A stretch of 64,000 nt of DNA from a virus (taxonomy: Duplodnaviria; Heunggongvirae; Uroviricota; Caudoviricetes), in the IMG/VR virus record IMGVR_UViG_2724679226_000002, positions 1 to 64,000 of that record, one strand, 5' to 3'. Each line of letters starts with the position of its first letter. The first letter of the stretch is position 1. This document shows, piece by piece, positions 1 through 8,802 of the stretch. The translations under genes were made by a program, and so were the position numbers. Below the pieces are notes generated by a model. That model saw nothing but the letters and a program-made list of their open reading frames with translations, was not told where the DNA came from and did no database searches.

Positions 1-1487
1 AGAATTTAGAATGTAAATACTTACTTCCCAATGGGCAATATTCCGCAGAAACGGTAAAAATTACCGGGAAAAATGAGGTAACATTTCCGATTCATTATAG
101 TTGCTTTACGGTCAATGGTTGGACAACATTAAGAATTACGTTAATCAACGGCAGCGATCGGGTAACGTTGGAAGATATTATCATTAAAACGAAAGAAACG
201 AAGCTCGGAGAGCCGTTCAGCAATACGCAAGTAGAAGAAGCTATTACCCAAGCGATTGAAGTAACTACATCCTCAATTTCAGCAGAAGGGGAAACTATTA
301 AGGAAGAACTTAGAAACTATATCCAAAAAGAAAAAAGCAAGTTAAAAGGAGAAAAAGGGGAAAAAGGAGAACCGGGAGAAAGAGGACCGATTGGAGAACA
401 AGGTCCTAGAGGATTTACAGGAGAACGAGGTCCACAAGGGGTACAAGGCGAGAAAGGTCTTACAGGTCCACGAGGACAGAAAGGAGATAGAGGAGTTGGA
501 ATCATATCGGTTACCGCAATAGATAACAACCGGGTGCGATTAGAATATGGAGACGGGCAAAGCACAGAAGTAGACATTCCTACCGTTGCAGGAAAACATG
601 GAAAGGACGGTATTGGAATTTTAGGAATTTCCTCTAGTCAAGAAGAGGAAACAGTAACTTTGCATTTTGATTTAACAAACTCTACCCGTGAAAATATAAG
701 TTTTACCGTACCGCAATCTTCTGGTAGTGGTAGTACGGCAAGTCCTTTAAAAATTGAATTCGAAGAAATTTTTAACGGGAATTCCAGTAATCTGGTATTT
801 GGGAAACCATTAGGAAATTACCAATTTTTACAAATCCAAAACACTCAACAAACGGCAACCATTCCCGCAAAAATAGGAGCAAATTTCAAATTTTGGTATG
901 CAAGTGGAGAAGTACAGGACGATAGAATTGTAATGACTTCTAGCGGAACTTACAAAGTATATGGGATTAAATTAAGGGGGCAAGTGTCCCCCGATATCAC
1001 AGCAGATTTATCGAATTACTATGACAAGGGACAATCGGATAAAAGATATGCTCGAAACAAGCATTCACATGATGAATTATTGTCACAAAACCAAGCAGAC
1101 AGGCTATATATCCCACAAAGTTTAGGATTGTCTTTTGCGAAACAAGATACTTCGGTTAGTTTTCAGAACATTACTGCAAGTGGAGATATTTTAGCACAAG
1201 GAACAGTGACAGGTCTTTCAGATAAAAGATTAAAACAAAATATTGAGAAAATACAAAACCCATTGAAAATTCTAAAAAAATTAAATGGATACACTTTCAC
1301 TATGAATAAAGAGAGGCACGTAGGAGTCATTGCACAAGAAGTTCAGAAAGCACTTCCTGAAGCTGTTCGAGAAACAGAGAACGGATATTTATCCGTAGCA
1401 TATGGAAATATGGTAGGGTTATTGATAGAAGCAAATAAGGAATTGCTAAAGAGAATCGAGGTGCTGGAAGATGTCATTAAACAGTAG
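1..1487 (+). CDS. Tail fibre protein, cut at its 5' end by the window. It has a collagen-like Gly-X-Y triple-helix region and a C-terminal intramolecular chaperone (peptidase S74 / endosialidase-type) domain.
   Basis: The reading frame is open from base 3, so the ATG at 168 is probably internal. The collagen-like run reads GEKGEKGEPGERGPIGEQGPRGFTGERGPQG. The C-terminus (SDKRLKQNIEKI...GYTFTMNKE..HVGVIAQEV) matches the self-cleaving chaperone domain of phage tail fibres. Confidence 0.8.
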   Translation, partial: NLECKYLLPNGQYSAETVKITGKNEVTFPIHYSCFTVNGWTTLRITLINGSDRVTLEDIIIKTKETKLGEPFSNTQVEEAITQAIEVTTSSISAEGETIKEELRNYIQKEKSKLKGEKGEKGEPGERGPIGEQGPRGFTGERGPQGVQGEKGLTGPRGQKGDRGVGIISVTAIDNNRVRLEYGDGQSTEVDIPTVAGKHGKDGIGILGISSSQEEETVTLHFDLTNSTRENISFTVPQSSGSGSTASPLKIEFEEIFNGNSSNLVFGKPLGNYQFLQIQNTQQTATIPAKIGANFKFWYASGEVQDDRIVMTSSGTYKVYGIKLRGQVSPDITADLSNYYDKGQSDKRYARNKHSHDELLSQNQADRLYIPQSLGLSFAKQDTSVSFQNITASGDILAQGTVTGLSDKRLKQNIEKIQNPLKILKKLNGYTFTMNKERHVGVIAQEVQKALPEAVRETENGYLSVAYGNMVGLLIEANKELLKRIEVLEDVIKQ

Positions 1488-2286
1488 TGGAAGAATATCG
1501 CTTAAAGATATTGCGAAAGAATTGGGAAAAGAAGGGAAGCAAATCTCTTTCAACGACCAAGATGTCTTAACGTTAGCAGGGAAAACCTCAGGGCAAGTTG
1601 TCCTTCCCAATGATTTTTGGGGGAAAAGTTATGCTTCCGTTCCTACGAAATATCCATATAATGCAGTAGTCACCGAAATGTATCTGTACGCACAGAACAT
1701 ATTTATAGTCTTGGAAGAAAGAGATTATCTACTTAAAAGTTTGTACTTCGGGGGAGGGACTGTCGATTGTATATTCGATTCAAAAGTTCCTTACGAAAAT
1801 CTTGTTATTGCTTTTGAAAATGGTACTAAATTATATATAAAAAAAGAATCAGATACGCAATTCGTTTTAGATAAAAATAAACCACCGATATTAATTGAGC
1901 AATCTTTTTCTGGACGTTTTAATATTTTAATAGAAGAAGTTGAAAATGAACCTTTAAAAAATACGGATGAGTATATTTTAACAGTAGGAGAAACAGGTAA
2001 ATCCTTTGGATATGTGGATGGGGTTGGGGATATAACTCCTAAAACATTTAAAAACCTTAATCTAATGGCTGTATACACAAGATACAATTACGTTACGATA
2101 GACCTCAAAGAAAAAACTGGGAACTCAAATACCTATCCCTCTGAAATAAATATCGAAATTGATAGTACCCAATTAAAAATGACGAAAAACTGGTTAATTA
2201 CAACTAGATACGAAGTATATAGTACTGCACTTTCACGAGTAATAAAAGATAAAAAAGAGCAAACTCTTAGAATTAAAATATGGTAA
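1471..2286 (+). CDS. hypothetical tail-fibre-associated protein
   Basis: 271-aa ORF that overlaps the tail fibre stop, placed in the tail and lysis end of the phage. Confidence 0.5.
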   Translation: MSLNSSGRISLKDIAKELGKEGKQISFNDQDVLTLAGKTSGQVVLPNDFWGKSYASVPTKYPYNAVVTEMYLYAQNIFIVLEERDYLLKSLYFGGGTVDCIFDSKVPYENLVIAFENGTKLYIKKESDTQFVLDKNKPPILIEQSFSGRFNILIEEVENEPLKNTDEYILTVGETGKSFGYVDGVGDITPKTFKNLNLMAVYTRYNYVTIDLKEKTGNSNTYPSEINIEIDSTQLKMTKNWLITTRYEVYSTALSRVIKDKKEQTLRIKIW

Positions 2287-2301
2287 AAGGGAGTTGAAGA
2301 A

Positions 2302-2982
2302 ATGAAGAAATATATATTCAAAATAGAAGAAGTTAAAACAGGAAAGTTATTTCCGTTCAAAATTTTAAATGCTGATGAAGAGTTTTCTGTCGAAAACCCA
2401 CAAGAATATATTATTTTTGAAGCAGATAGTTATAACGAAGTCCTCGTATATTACGATATAGAGAGCAACTCTATTCAGAAAAAAAGTAAGACCAGATTAT
2501 TTCAAGAGGGAATTTACCGGTTAAAAATCGGGGAAATTTTCGAGGAAGAAACGCAAGAATTCAAAATGATAGAACAACCAAGCAAATATCATAAATGGAA
2601 CGGGAAAACTTGGGAAGTGAATATAGAAGAAGTAAGAGAAATAAAAAGGCAAGAATTGAAACACATACGAGAACAAAAAATTTCTGAAAATATCGAAGTT
2701 CACGGGTCTTTATTTCAAGTTCGAGAAAAAGATTTAGAAAACTTCGAAGATGTCGCAAGAGCAATTCGAAGAAAGAAAAAAACAGAAGAAGATACAAGGG
2801 CTTGGATATTAGCAGATAATTCTATCAAAACTTTTACTTATGCACAACTCTTAGATGTATTAGATGAAAGAGCTTTAAGAAAAGAAAAAATATTCAATGA
2901 ATATGGATCTTTAGCAATACAACTACAACAAGCCAATACGGTAAAGCAAATTGAGAAAATTACATGGGAGGCGAAAAAATGA
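2302..2982 (+). CDS. hypothetical protein
   Basis: 226-aa ORF preceded by GGAG. Its stop overlaps the endolysin start in an ATGA arrangement. Confidence 0.5.
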   Translation: MKKYIFKIEEVKTGKLFPFKILNADEEFSVENPQEYIIFEADSYNEVLVYYDIESNSIQKKSKTRLFQEGIYRLKIGEIFEEETQEFKMIEQPSKYHKWNGKTWEVNIEEVREIKRQELKHIREQKISENIEVHGSLFQVREKDLENFEDVARAIRRKKKTEEDTRAWILADNSIKTFTYAQLLDVLDERALRKEKIFNEYGSLAIQLQQANTVKQIEKITWEAKK

Positions 2983-3557
2983 AAATAGCTTTAATCATAG
3001 GACATAATCAAAGAAGCAAAGGAGCCTATTCCAATATCGTAGGCTCGGAATTCGATTACTGGAAACGGATCGCAGAAAAAATCAAAACCGAGATACCGGA
3101 ACTGGTTGATATTTACGAAAGAAAACCAAAGCAATATTATGGGCAGGAAATGCGGGAAGTCCTGCAAGAGTTAAATAAGCACAACTATAAGTATTGCTTA
3201 GAACTTCATTACAATGCGGGAGCAAGTCAAGCACATGGGTGCGAATGCTTAGTTTATCATAAAAACGAGCAAGCGAAAGAATTGGCTAGCATGTTCATGG
3301 CAAGGCTCCAAAATACCTTTGGAAGTAAAATTAGACTAAAACAGGGAAAGGTATTGGGAAAACACATAGAAACGCATGGAATTATCCCGGTGGTAAATGA
3401 CAATACAAGAGGAGCTTATGGTATTTGTCATAGTAAAGATACTTATATCCTAGTGGAGCCTTTCTTTGGAAGTAATCCCAACGAAGCTTTGAAATTTTCT
3501 GTAGAAAGCGATGTGGTAGATTTCTTTGTGAAGTTTATTAAGGAGGTTGATATATGA
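2979..3557 (+). CDS. N-acetylmuramoyl-L-alanine amidase (Amidase_3-type endolysin)
   Basis: ALIIGHNQ, LELHYNAG and ILVEPFFGSN resemble the DPGHGG, SiHaNa and vE.gF.sN motifs of Amidase_3. The ATG at 2979 sits 7 nt after a GGGAGG ribosome-binding site, whereas the ORF track starts at 2964. Confidence 0.65.
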   Translation: MKIALIIGHNQRSKGAYSNIVGSEFDYWKRIAEKIKTEIPELVDIYERKPKQYYGQEMREVLQELNKHNYKYCLELHYNAGASQAHGCECLVYHKNEQAKELASMFMARLQNTFGSKIRLKQGKVLGKHIETHGIIPVVNDNTRGAYGICHSKDTYILVEPFFGSNPNEALKFSVESDVVDFFVKFIKEVDI

Positions 3558-3685
3558 TAGATCGTCTTTATCAATATGTTAGCAGTAGTCCTTTTGTATT
3601 AGGATTTACATGCGGAATTATTTATGCAGTTGCCCCTATTATTAGTGCAATTGCGAGCTTTATTACGAAAGGAGGAAGAAGATGA
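3554..3685 (+). CDS. small membrane protein (43 aa), possibly holin-like
   Basis: MIDRLYQYVSSSPFVLGFTCGIIYAVAPIISAIASFITKGGRR with a single transmembrane helix. ATGA overlaps couple it to the amidase stop and the holin start. It is not in the ORF track because it is under 60 aa. Confidence 0.4.
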   Translation: MIDRLYQYVSSSPFVLGFTCGIIYAVAPIISAIASFITKGGRR

Positions 3686-4074
3686 AACTTTCAGAAATGG
3701 CAATCGAAACAATTATGGGAGTGGTTGGAAAATTCTTACCTACCAATGAGGCTGCCAAATTAGAAGCGAGAGCGAAATTGGCACAAATTGAAGTAGATAG
3801 TTGGGAAGCAAAAGCAACATTCCTGGAAAAAATGGGAACAAAAAACCGTGATGGAGTGATTCCTTTGATTATGCTTTCTTGGCTATTTATGCATATCATC
3901 ATGTTTCTGGTCATGGTAGGGTTTGTGTTGCTAGGAAAAGAAACGCCAATTATTCCAATGGATAAAGAATTTTCGGAAGCAGTCAAATTATTGTTCGGTT
4001 TTCTATTTGGTTCTAAAACGGCAAGTAGATTCAGCAAATCATACGTCGAAGCGAAATACAACAAGGGGGAATAA
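3682..4074 (+). CDS. holin (three-TM phage holin family)
   Basis: 130 aa with a hydrophobic core (IPLIMLSWLFMHIIMFLVMVGFVLLG), directly after the endolysin. The antisense ORF 3663-4064 is judged spurious. Confidence 0.55.
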   Translation: MKLSEMAIETIMGVVGKFLPTNEAAKLEARAKLAQIEVDSWEAKATFLEKMGTKNRDGVIPLIMLSWLFMHIIMFLVMVGFVLLGKETPIIPMDKEFSEAVKLLFGFLFGSKTASRFSKSYVEAKYNKGE

Positions 4075-4343
4075 TGGAAAAAGAAACATTACTATTGTTT
4101 TTAACAGTCGGAGGAGCAATTTTTGGCTATCATAAATACTTGATGTCTTGGATTAACAAGAAGTTAGATAAAGAACTGTATGATAGAGATACCAAGAATT
4201 TTAGAGAATGGAGTGACGCAAGAGATAAAGAAATCGATAAAAAAGTGGAAAAATTAGAATCTACAATTCAAACGAATATGGTCGATATTAAAAAAGATAT
4301 TCAGTTAATCAGAGAACATATCTTAGGTTGCAGAAAAGGGTAA
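4074..4343 (+). CDS. small N-terminal-TM protein (lysis accessory?)
   Basis: 89 aa with an N-terminal transmembrane helix, translationally coupled to the holin and followed by a terminator hairpin (GTAAGC..GCTTAC plus a T-run). Confidence 0.45.
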   Translation: MEKETLLLFLTVGGAIFGYHKYLMSWINKKLDKELYDRDTKNFREWSDARDKEIDKKVEKLESTIQTNMVDIKKDIQLIREHILGCRKG

Positions 4344-4376
4344 GCTATATCGCTTACTCTTTTTATAAAAAAATAT

Positions 4377-4405
4377 TTGACACTGAATTTTGGGTGTGTT
4401 ATATT
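4377..4405 (+). promoter_or_regulatory. sigma70-like promoter driving the tandem-repeat RNA
   Basis: TTGACA at 4377-4382, a 17-bp spacer, and TATATT at 4400-4405. Confidence 0.5.
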
Positions 4406-4436
4406 GAAAGTAGCAAAAAGATACTCTGCGAAACCT

Positions 4437-4592
4437 TAATAGAAACATACTGAAATATAAATATAGAGTATAAAATTGCAATTTTTTTTAATAGAAACAA
4501 AGTGAAATGTAAAGGTAGAATATAAGCTAGAAAATTTTTATAATAGAAGCAGATTGAAATGTAAATGTGGGATATAAAATAAAGAAGCTTAT
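4437..4592 (+). ncRNA. Three tandem 52-nt direct repeats, read as a candidate type III antitoxin RNA
   Basis: The three units begin TAATAGAAACATACTGAAATATAAAT, TAATAGAAACAAAGTGAAATGTAAAG and TAATAGAAGCAGATTGAAATGTAAAT, sharing the core TAATAGAARCA..TGAAATRTAAA. They sit between a promoter and a rho-independent terminator. Confidence 0.45.
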
Positions 4593-4610
4593 TCAACCTT
4601 TACAAGAAAA

Positions 4611-4638
4611 AAACAGGAGTAAAATCCTGTTTTTTTTA
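4611..4638 (+). terminator. rho-independent terminator
   Basis: Stem ACAGGA/TCCTGT with loop GTAAAA, then a T8 run. Confidence 0.7.
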
Positions 4639-4647
4639 ATATATCTA

Positions 4648-4681
4648 TTGACATACACTTGATTAAAGTGTATACTATAAT
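4648..4681 (+). promoter_or_regulatory. promoter with an embedded inverted-repeat operator
   Basis: TTGACA, a 17-bp spacer, then TATACT. The spacer contains the palindrome TACACTTGATTAAAGTGTA. Confidence 0.5.
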
Positions 4682-4713
4682 CAAGATAAGAGAGAAAGAA
4701 AAGGAGTGGGAAA

Positions 4714-5293
4714 GATGAAATTATTTAAAAATGTAGGGATTGAAGATTTAGAAAGTATCTTGAAAAACGGAATACTTCCAATTTCTGAGACTGGAAACGA
4801 TAACTGGGAAGAAGGAAAAAGAGGAAACAATGCAAAAGATGTAGTATACCTTTTTTCTCCTAAGTTAGAAGTAAACTCTTTCCCAAAAGCATACGGAATA
4901 GTGCTTTTAGAAGTAGAAGTAGAAGTAGAAGCACAATTAAATACTTTTGAAAAAAATGACGAACACATTGACGATTATGATGAATATATCGTAGATAGAG
5001 TTGAAGTTCAAGACATCAAAGCGGTATATATCCCTAAGATTTTTGAAGATAGAGTGAGAGAGTTTTTGACAGAAGAAACTTTGAAAAAAGTAACTTTTGT
5101 TGAAATTTCAGCAAAACACTATCAAGACTTTAACTTGATAGAAGCAGACGAAAAAACTCTTTCTGCGTTTGGAAAAACTGCTGAAATCGACTCTACTGAA
5201 TTCAATTTCTTTAGAGGTAAGAGAAAAGTTCAAGGTCTTTTCTCTGAAATCGAACAAATATTCGACCTATACAAAGTCGTTTATAAATTCTAA
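4714..5293 (+). CDS. Hypothetical 193-aa protein, read as a candidate type III toxin (ToxN/AbiQ-like?) or abortive-infection protein
   Basis: AAGGAG lies 8 nt before the ATG at 4714. The gene follows a repeat-plus-terminator arrangement. PKAYGIVLLEV weakly resembles the ToxN/AbiQ PK.FIG.VL motif as I remember it. A terminator hairpin follows at 5309-5335. Confidence 0.45.
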
Positions 5294-5478
5294 ACAAAAA
5301 AAGAAAAGAGGGGTCTTTCGGGTCCCTCTTTTCCAGAGATCTCAAAGGTTACATTACTCTCAAACCGCATCTCACACTGTATTATAAAGATACTTCATTT
5401 TTTTTAAAAAGTCAATAATAAAAAAATCACATAAATCAAACACTTTTTTAAATGTAGATTATAATTTTTCTTTATCAC

Positions 5479-6030
5479 TTACAAATCTTGACTTACATAA
5501 AATTCTCCTTTCGCTTCATAGGCTTTCATTTTATCAGTTAAGCCTGTTGCTTCTAATTGCTTTAGTCGATTGTCTAATTTTAATCTATCTAATAACAACT
5601 GAGATTTTAGACTATTCAAGATTCCTTTCACCTCTCTCATGCCTTTTACAAATTCTTCCTCTCGAAAATCAATAACATCGATTTTCATCGGAAGCGTTTG
5701 TTGTAGTTTATTTTCTTCTTTTATGGCTTGTTCCATTCGATTGAACTCATTGATGTATGCCATTTTCTCCTCATATAAACCTTGAACATTGAATAAGTAT
5801 AATATAACTCCGTCTTTGAGTAATAAATATTCTTTATTCTTTTTCCCATTACTTGCCATATATTCAGACTTTATGAATAGCCCTCTAATTTGAGGGCTAC
5901 CCTCTGCGATAATTTTTTCGATATCTCTCATAACATTATCATGTCTTCTTTTAACTACAACTGACACATTTCTACTAGATACTACAAACCCATATTTTTG
6001 ATTTCTTTCTACTTTTACCAAATTATTCAT
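5479..6030 (-). CDS. phage regulatory protein Rha family
   Basis: VVSSRNVSVVVKRRHDNVMRDIEKI matches the Rha (Phage_pRha) N-terminal signature. The real start is the internal Met (MNNLVKV), which is preceded by AGGAGG. Confidence 0.75.
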   Translation of the reverse strand: MNNLVKVERNQKYGFVVSSRNVSVVVKRRHDNVMRDIEKIIAEGSPQIRGLFIKSEYMASNGKKNKEYLLLKDGVILYLFNVQGLYEEKMAYINEFNRMEQAIKEENKLQQTLPMKIDVIDFREEEFVKGMREVKGILNSLKSQLLLDRLKLDNRLKQLEATGLTDKMKAYEAKGEFYVSQDL

Positions 6031-6480
6031 TTTCTTTTCCTCCTTGTTTTTAAGGGGAAAATATAGTACAATATACTTGCGAGGTAGTCTTGTACTACTT
6101 GTCCCCATATTTTGTCTATACGATAAGAGTGGGGACTTTTTATTTCTTCTTTATGACTATTTCTTTTGTTTCTTGTTTATATGTTAATTCTATCTCACTA
6201 TTTTCCTTTGTAATCCCCATATCATTTACCCATTTACTATTCAATGTTATTCTAGGGGTATATCCACCTGCACCTCCTTTATTAAAATTTACTTTTTTTA
6301 CTATTTTTTCTTCCATCCTCTCACCTCTTCCGTACGATATAATTTATGATAGCATTCCGTACGGAAAAAGTCAACCATTTTTTTTATTAAAAAAAAGAGG
6401 AGCTATTCCTCTTTACTTAGCAATTACTCGGCTACTCACTACATAAATATTATTCTTCTTTTCCAAATGCACTAAATAAT

Positions 6481-6600
6481 TCATTTTACATCACCCAACT
6501 TCCAAGCGATAGCGATTGCCCCACTCATAGTTGATGTATAAAATACTAAATCTTTAAGAGTACATTTCCATAATCCGTTGCTACATTTTGTCATTCTCAT
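6481..6600 (-). CDS. conserved 39-aa protein, copy 1 of 3
   Basis: MRMTKCSNGLWKCTLKDLVFYTSTMSGAIAIAWKLGDVK. Paralogs at 27428 and 62507 each lie next to a Rha-family gene. It is not in the ORF track. Confidence 0.4.
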   Translation of the reverse strand: MRMTKCSNGLWKCTLKDLVFYTSTMSGAIAIAWKLGDVK

Positions 6601-6716
6601 TTTTAACTCCTTTCAATAATTAAATTGAAAGAAATCTCTTTTTGTGATACAATATTTCTGAAAGAGAATTCTTTCGCCTGTAGGGTATTGTCTAACCGTC
6701 CAAAGTTCGCAATACC

Positions 6717-6887
6717 CTATTTTTTTAATTCTTCGTCAATTTTCTCGTTGAGCCAAAAAGTTTTGGTTTTATTTTCAGATTTTAATCTTTCTTCTAGCTT
6801 TTCTAACTTCTCCCTGTCTACAAGAACTCCAAAATCTTTTAACTTTTTTCTTCTTTCCTTAAAGTATTCGGCTCTGCTTTTAGTCAT
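6717..6887 (-). CDS. small coiled-coil protein
   Basis: MTKSRAEYFKERRKKLKDFGVLVDREKLEKLEERLK with AGGGAGG upstream. Annotating from the first in-frame ATG would over-extend it. Confidence 0.35.
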   Translation of the reverse strand: MTKSRAEYFKERRKKLKDFGVLVDREKLEKLEERLKSENKTKTFWLNEKIDEELKK

Positions 6888-6972
6888 TTTCTCCCTCCTT
6901 TCTGTATCTGAATACATTATATTGTATCTGAATACAAAAGTCAAGAGTTTTTTATAAAAAAAAGAAGAAGTA

Positions 6973-7383
6973 TTAAACTCCTTCCTTTTCTTGGATATTT
7001 AAATAATTTTTGATTGCAACTTGTAGTAAATTAGAAAAGTTTACAGAATATTTTTCCGCTTCATCATTCAACCATTTAGGAATGGTTAATGTTTTCTTTA
7101 TTGTCTGGTTTCTTACCTTATCTATAATTGGTGTCATCCATACATCTACATAAACTAAAAACTGCCCTTTTTCTAATTCTAGCTTTCTCAAAGTTGGTTC
7201 AGGTACTTTAAGATTATTTTTCAATAAACTAAAAATGGTTCCCTCTAAAACATCTTTCGCATTCACAATAACTTCTTCTATGCTATCACCATCGGTAAAA
7301 CATCCATCAAAATCTTTAAATTCAGCATAAAATACGTTATTTTCTTCATAAATTACACATGGATAAATATATTTTTCTTTCAT
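6973..7383 (-). CDS. hicB: HicB-family antitoxin
   Basis: Shows the HicB/UPF0150 N-terminal fold pattern (YPCVIYEENNVFYAEFKDFDGCFTDGDSIEE) and sits downstream of hicA. Confidence 0.8.
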   Translation of the reverse strand: MKEKYIYPCVIYEENNVFYAEFKDFDGCFTDGDSIEEVIVNAKDVLEGTIFSLLKNNLKVPEPTLRKLELEKGQFLVYVDVWMTPIIDKVRNQTIKKTLTIPKWLNDEAEKYSVNFSNLLQVAIKNYLNIQEKEGV

Positions 7384-7411
7384 AGCTCCTCCTTAAAAAA
7401 GTCTAACAAGG

Positions 7412-7603
7412 CTAAAATTTTAGCCCTGTTATTCTTTTGATACTAGCTAACGTTCCATGCGGAATATCTTTCTTGGTACATTTCACAGGACAGGTTTTTC
7501 CATCTTTCATATAGATTTCATGTGAACCTGTTGTGTGGTCGTATTTCCAACCATTCTCAAGTAAGATTTTAACTAGTGTCTTGTAAGGTATTATATTTGA
7601 CAT
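7412..7603 (-). CDS. hicA: HicA-family mRNA interferase toxin
   Basis: LVKILLENGWKYDHTTGSHEIYMK...IPHGTLASIKRITGL is a typical HicA/YcfA sequence. Confidence 0.8.
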   Translation of the reverse strand: MSNIIPYKTLVKILLENGWKYDHTTGSHEIYMKDGKTCPVKCTKKDIPHGTLASIKRITGLKF

Positions 7604-7620
7604 GTCTACCTCCTTACAAG

Positions 7621-7648
7621 TATATTATACGTATTTTTTATACGTATG
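7621..7648. promoter_or_regulatory. operator-like repeats ATACGTAT x2 upstream of hicAB
   Basis: TATATTATACGTATTTTTTATACGTATG. The same self-complementary ATACGTAT core recurs at 9828, 16855, 21350-21503 and 63811. Confidence 0.4.
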
Positions 7649-7712
7649 TCAAGAGAAATTTTTATAAAAAAAAGAGAAGATAAATTCTTCTCCATATAAT
7701 TTTCATTTAACT

Positions 7713-8057
7713 TTATTCTTTTTTTATACTTTCTAAAACCTGTTGAATTTTAGGGAGTTGAATCGCAATCCAGTCTACAATTTCTTCGTTATCACTCCAA
7801 GCATTACAATGTAATCCACTTTCATATAAAAAAGCATGTACAATTTCATGTCTTAAGACTTTTTCTTGATAATTTTCTAAGTTTGATAAAGTGTCTCTTT
7901 CTTCTCTTATTTTTTCAATTACAATTTCTTTTGTAGAACTATCACAATATCCATTGGCATTTTGCAATTTTACATCCTCTTCTAAAGTTCTTTGATAGAT
8001 TGTATATTCTGTTCCAAGAATATTTATTTTTATGTTTTCATTATTTTTATCTATCAT
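7713..8057 (-). CDS. HExxH zinc-metallopeptidase-like protein (ImmA/SprT-like)
   Basis: Carries an HEIVH motif (LRHEIVHAFLYESG). 114 aa. Confidence 0.4.
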   Translation of the reverse strand: MIDKNNENIKINILGTEYTIYQRTLEEDVKLQNANGYCDSSTKEIVIEKIREERDTLSNLENYQEKVLRHEIVHAFLYESGLHCNAWSDNEEIVDWIAIQLPKIQQVLESIKKE

Positions 8058-8211
8058 ACCTTTTTATTCTCCTTTCTGATTGAGTATTTCACTGAAATTT
8101 TGCATTTTCAAAACATGACCTATAAACTTTATAGATAAAACACAAAAATCTCTTAATTCAGTCTTAAAACGTATTTAAAACGATTTTAGATTTTTTCTAA
8201 CTTTTCCATAC

Positions 8212-8547
8212 TCAATCATCTCCTTCTACATGGTCTGGTTCATTTTTTGCAAGAAATAAATCATATACCTTGTCACTCAATTTTTTACAAAAATAAAAGC
8301 GAAGAAAATGATGTATTTCCTCAACTGTTTCCCCTACTTTTGAAATAAAAGAAAATAAAAAATCTATTTCAAGAAAAAGGAAAACTACAAAAAATAGTGT
8401 TAAAATATCTGTTTTTTTCTTGTAATATTTTGCTGCTTCTGTCATATATAAATATTCTCTATTTTTTAAATCATATTTATAAAGTATATAAAATATCCCT
8501 ATTCTAAAACTTAGCATTGCAAGGAATAGAATTTTCCAAATTTTCAT
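8212..8547 (-). CDS. hypothetical membrane protein
   Basis: 111 aa with two hydrophobic segments. Confidence 0.35.
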   Translation of the reverse strand: MKIWKILFLAMLSFRIGIFYILYKYDLKNREYLYMTEAAKYYKKKTDILTLFFVVFLFLEIDFLFSFISKVGETVEEIHHFLRFYFCKKLSDKVYDLFLAKNEPDHVEGDD

Positions 8548-8801
8548 TTCGACCTCTTTTTATTTATATTTTCTTGTAGCCATTTTATGTATGTGTCATC
8601 TTTTAAAAATCCATCCGCATCTTTAAAAACTTCTTCTATTGCTTCTTCTGTATAGTTTTCTTTTTTTAAATTTTCTAACAATTCTTTCGGAGAGTAGAAT
8701 GAAAATATTGTTCCGTATCTATTTCCACAAGTTTCACATTCTTCGTCAACATAAACAGACGTTACATAAAGATTTCCACAGCAACTTTCGTTTAAATACA
8801 T
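8544..8801 (-). CDS. small Cys-rich protein
   Basis: Has CCGN..C..C motifs. The start is trimmed to the internal Met at 8801 to avoid an 89-nt overlap with the upstream gene. Confidence 0.35.
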   Translation of the reverse strand: MYLNESCCGNLYVTSVYVDEECETCGNRYGTIFSFYSPKELLENLKKENYTEEAIEEVFKDADGFLKDDTYIKWLQENINKKRSK

Positions 8802-8802
8802 T

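Noticed and set aside
317-577. Antisense ORFs inside larger genes (for example 317-577, 1791-2087, 2521-2797, 12228-12632, 12720-12956, 25592-26068, 40540-40842, 53758-54159)
   Set aside because: Each lies wholly within a well-supported gene on the opposite strand, has low-complexity composition and lacks a ribosome-binding site.
4437-4592. CRISPR array
   Set aside because: Only three 52-nt units, directly contiguous with no unique spacers, and degenerate between copies. No cas genes are present.
6090-6446. 118-aa ORF 6090-6446 (+)
   Set aside because: It is low-complexity and Phe/Tyr-rich, it has no ribosome-binding site, and it lies in an AT-rich intergenic stretch. Judged spurious.
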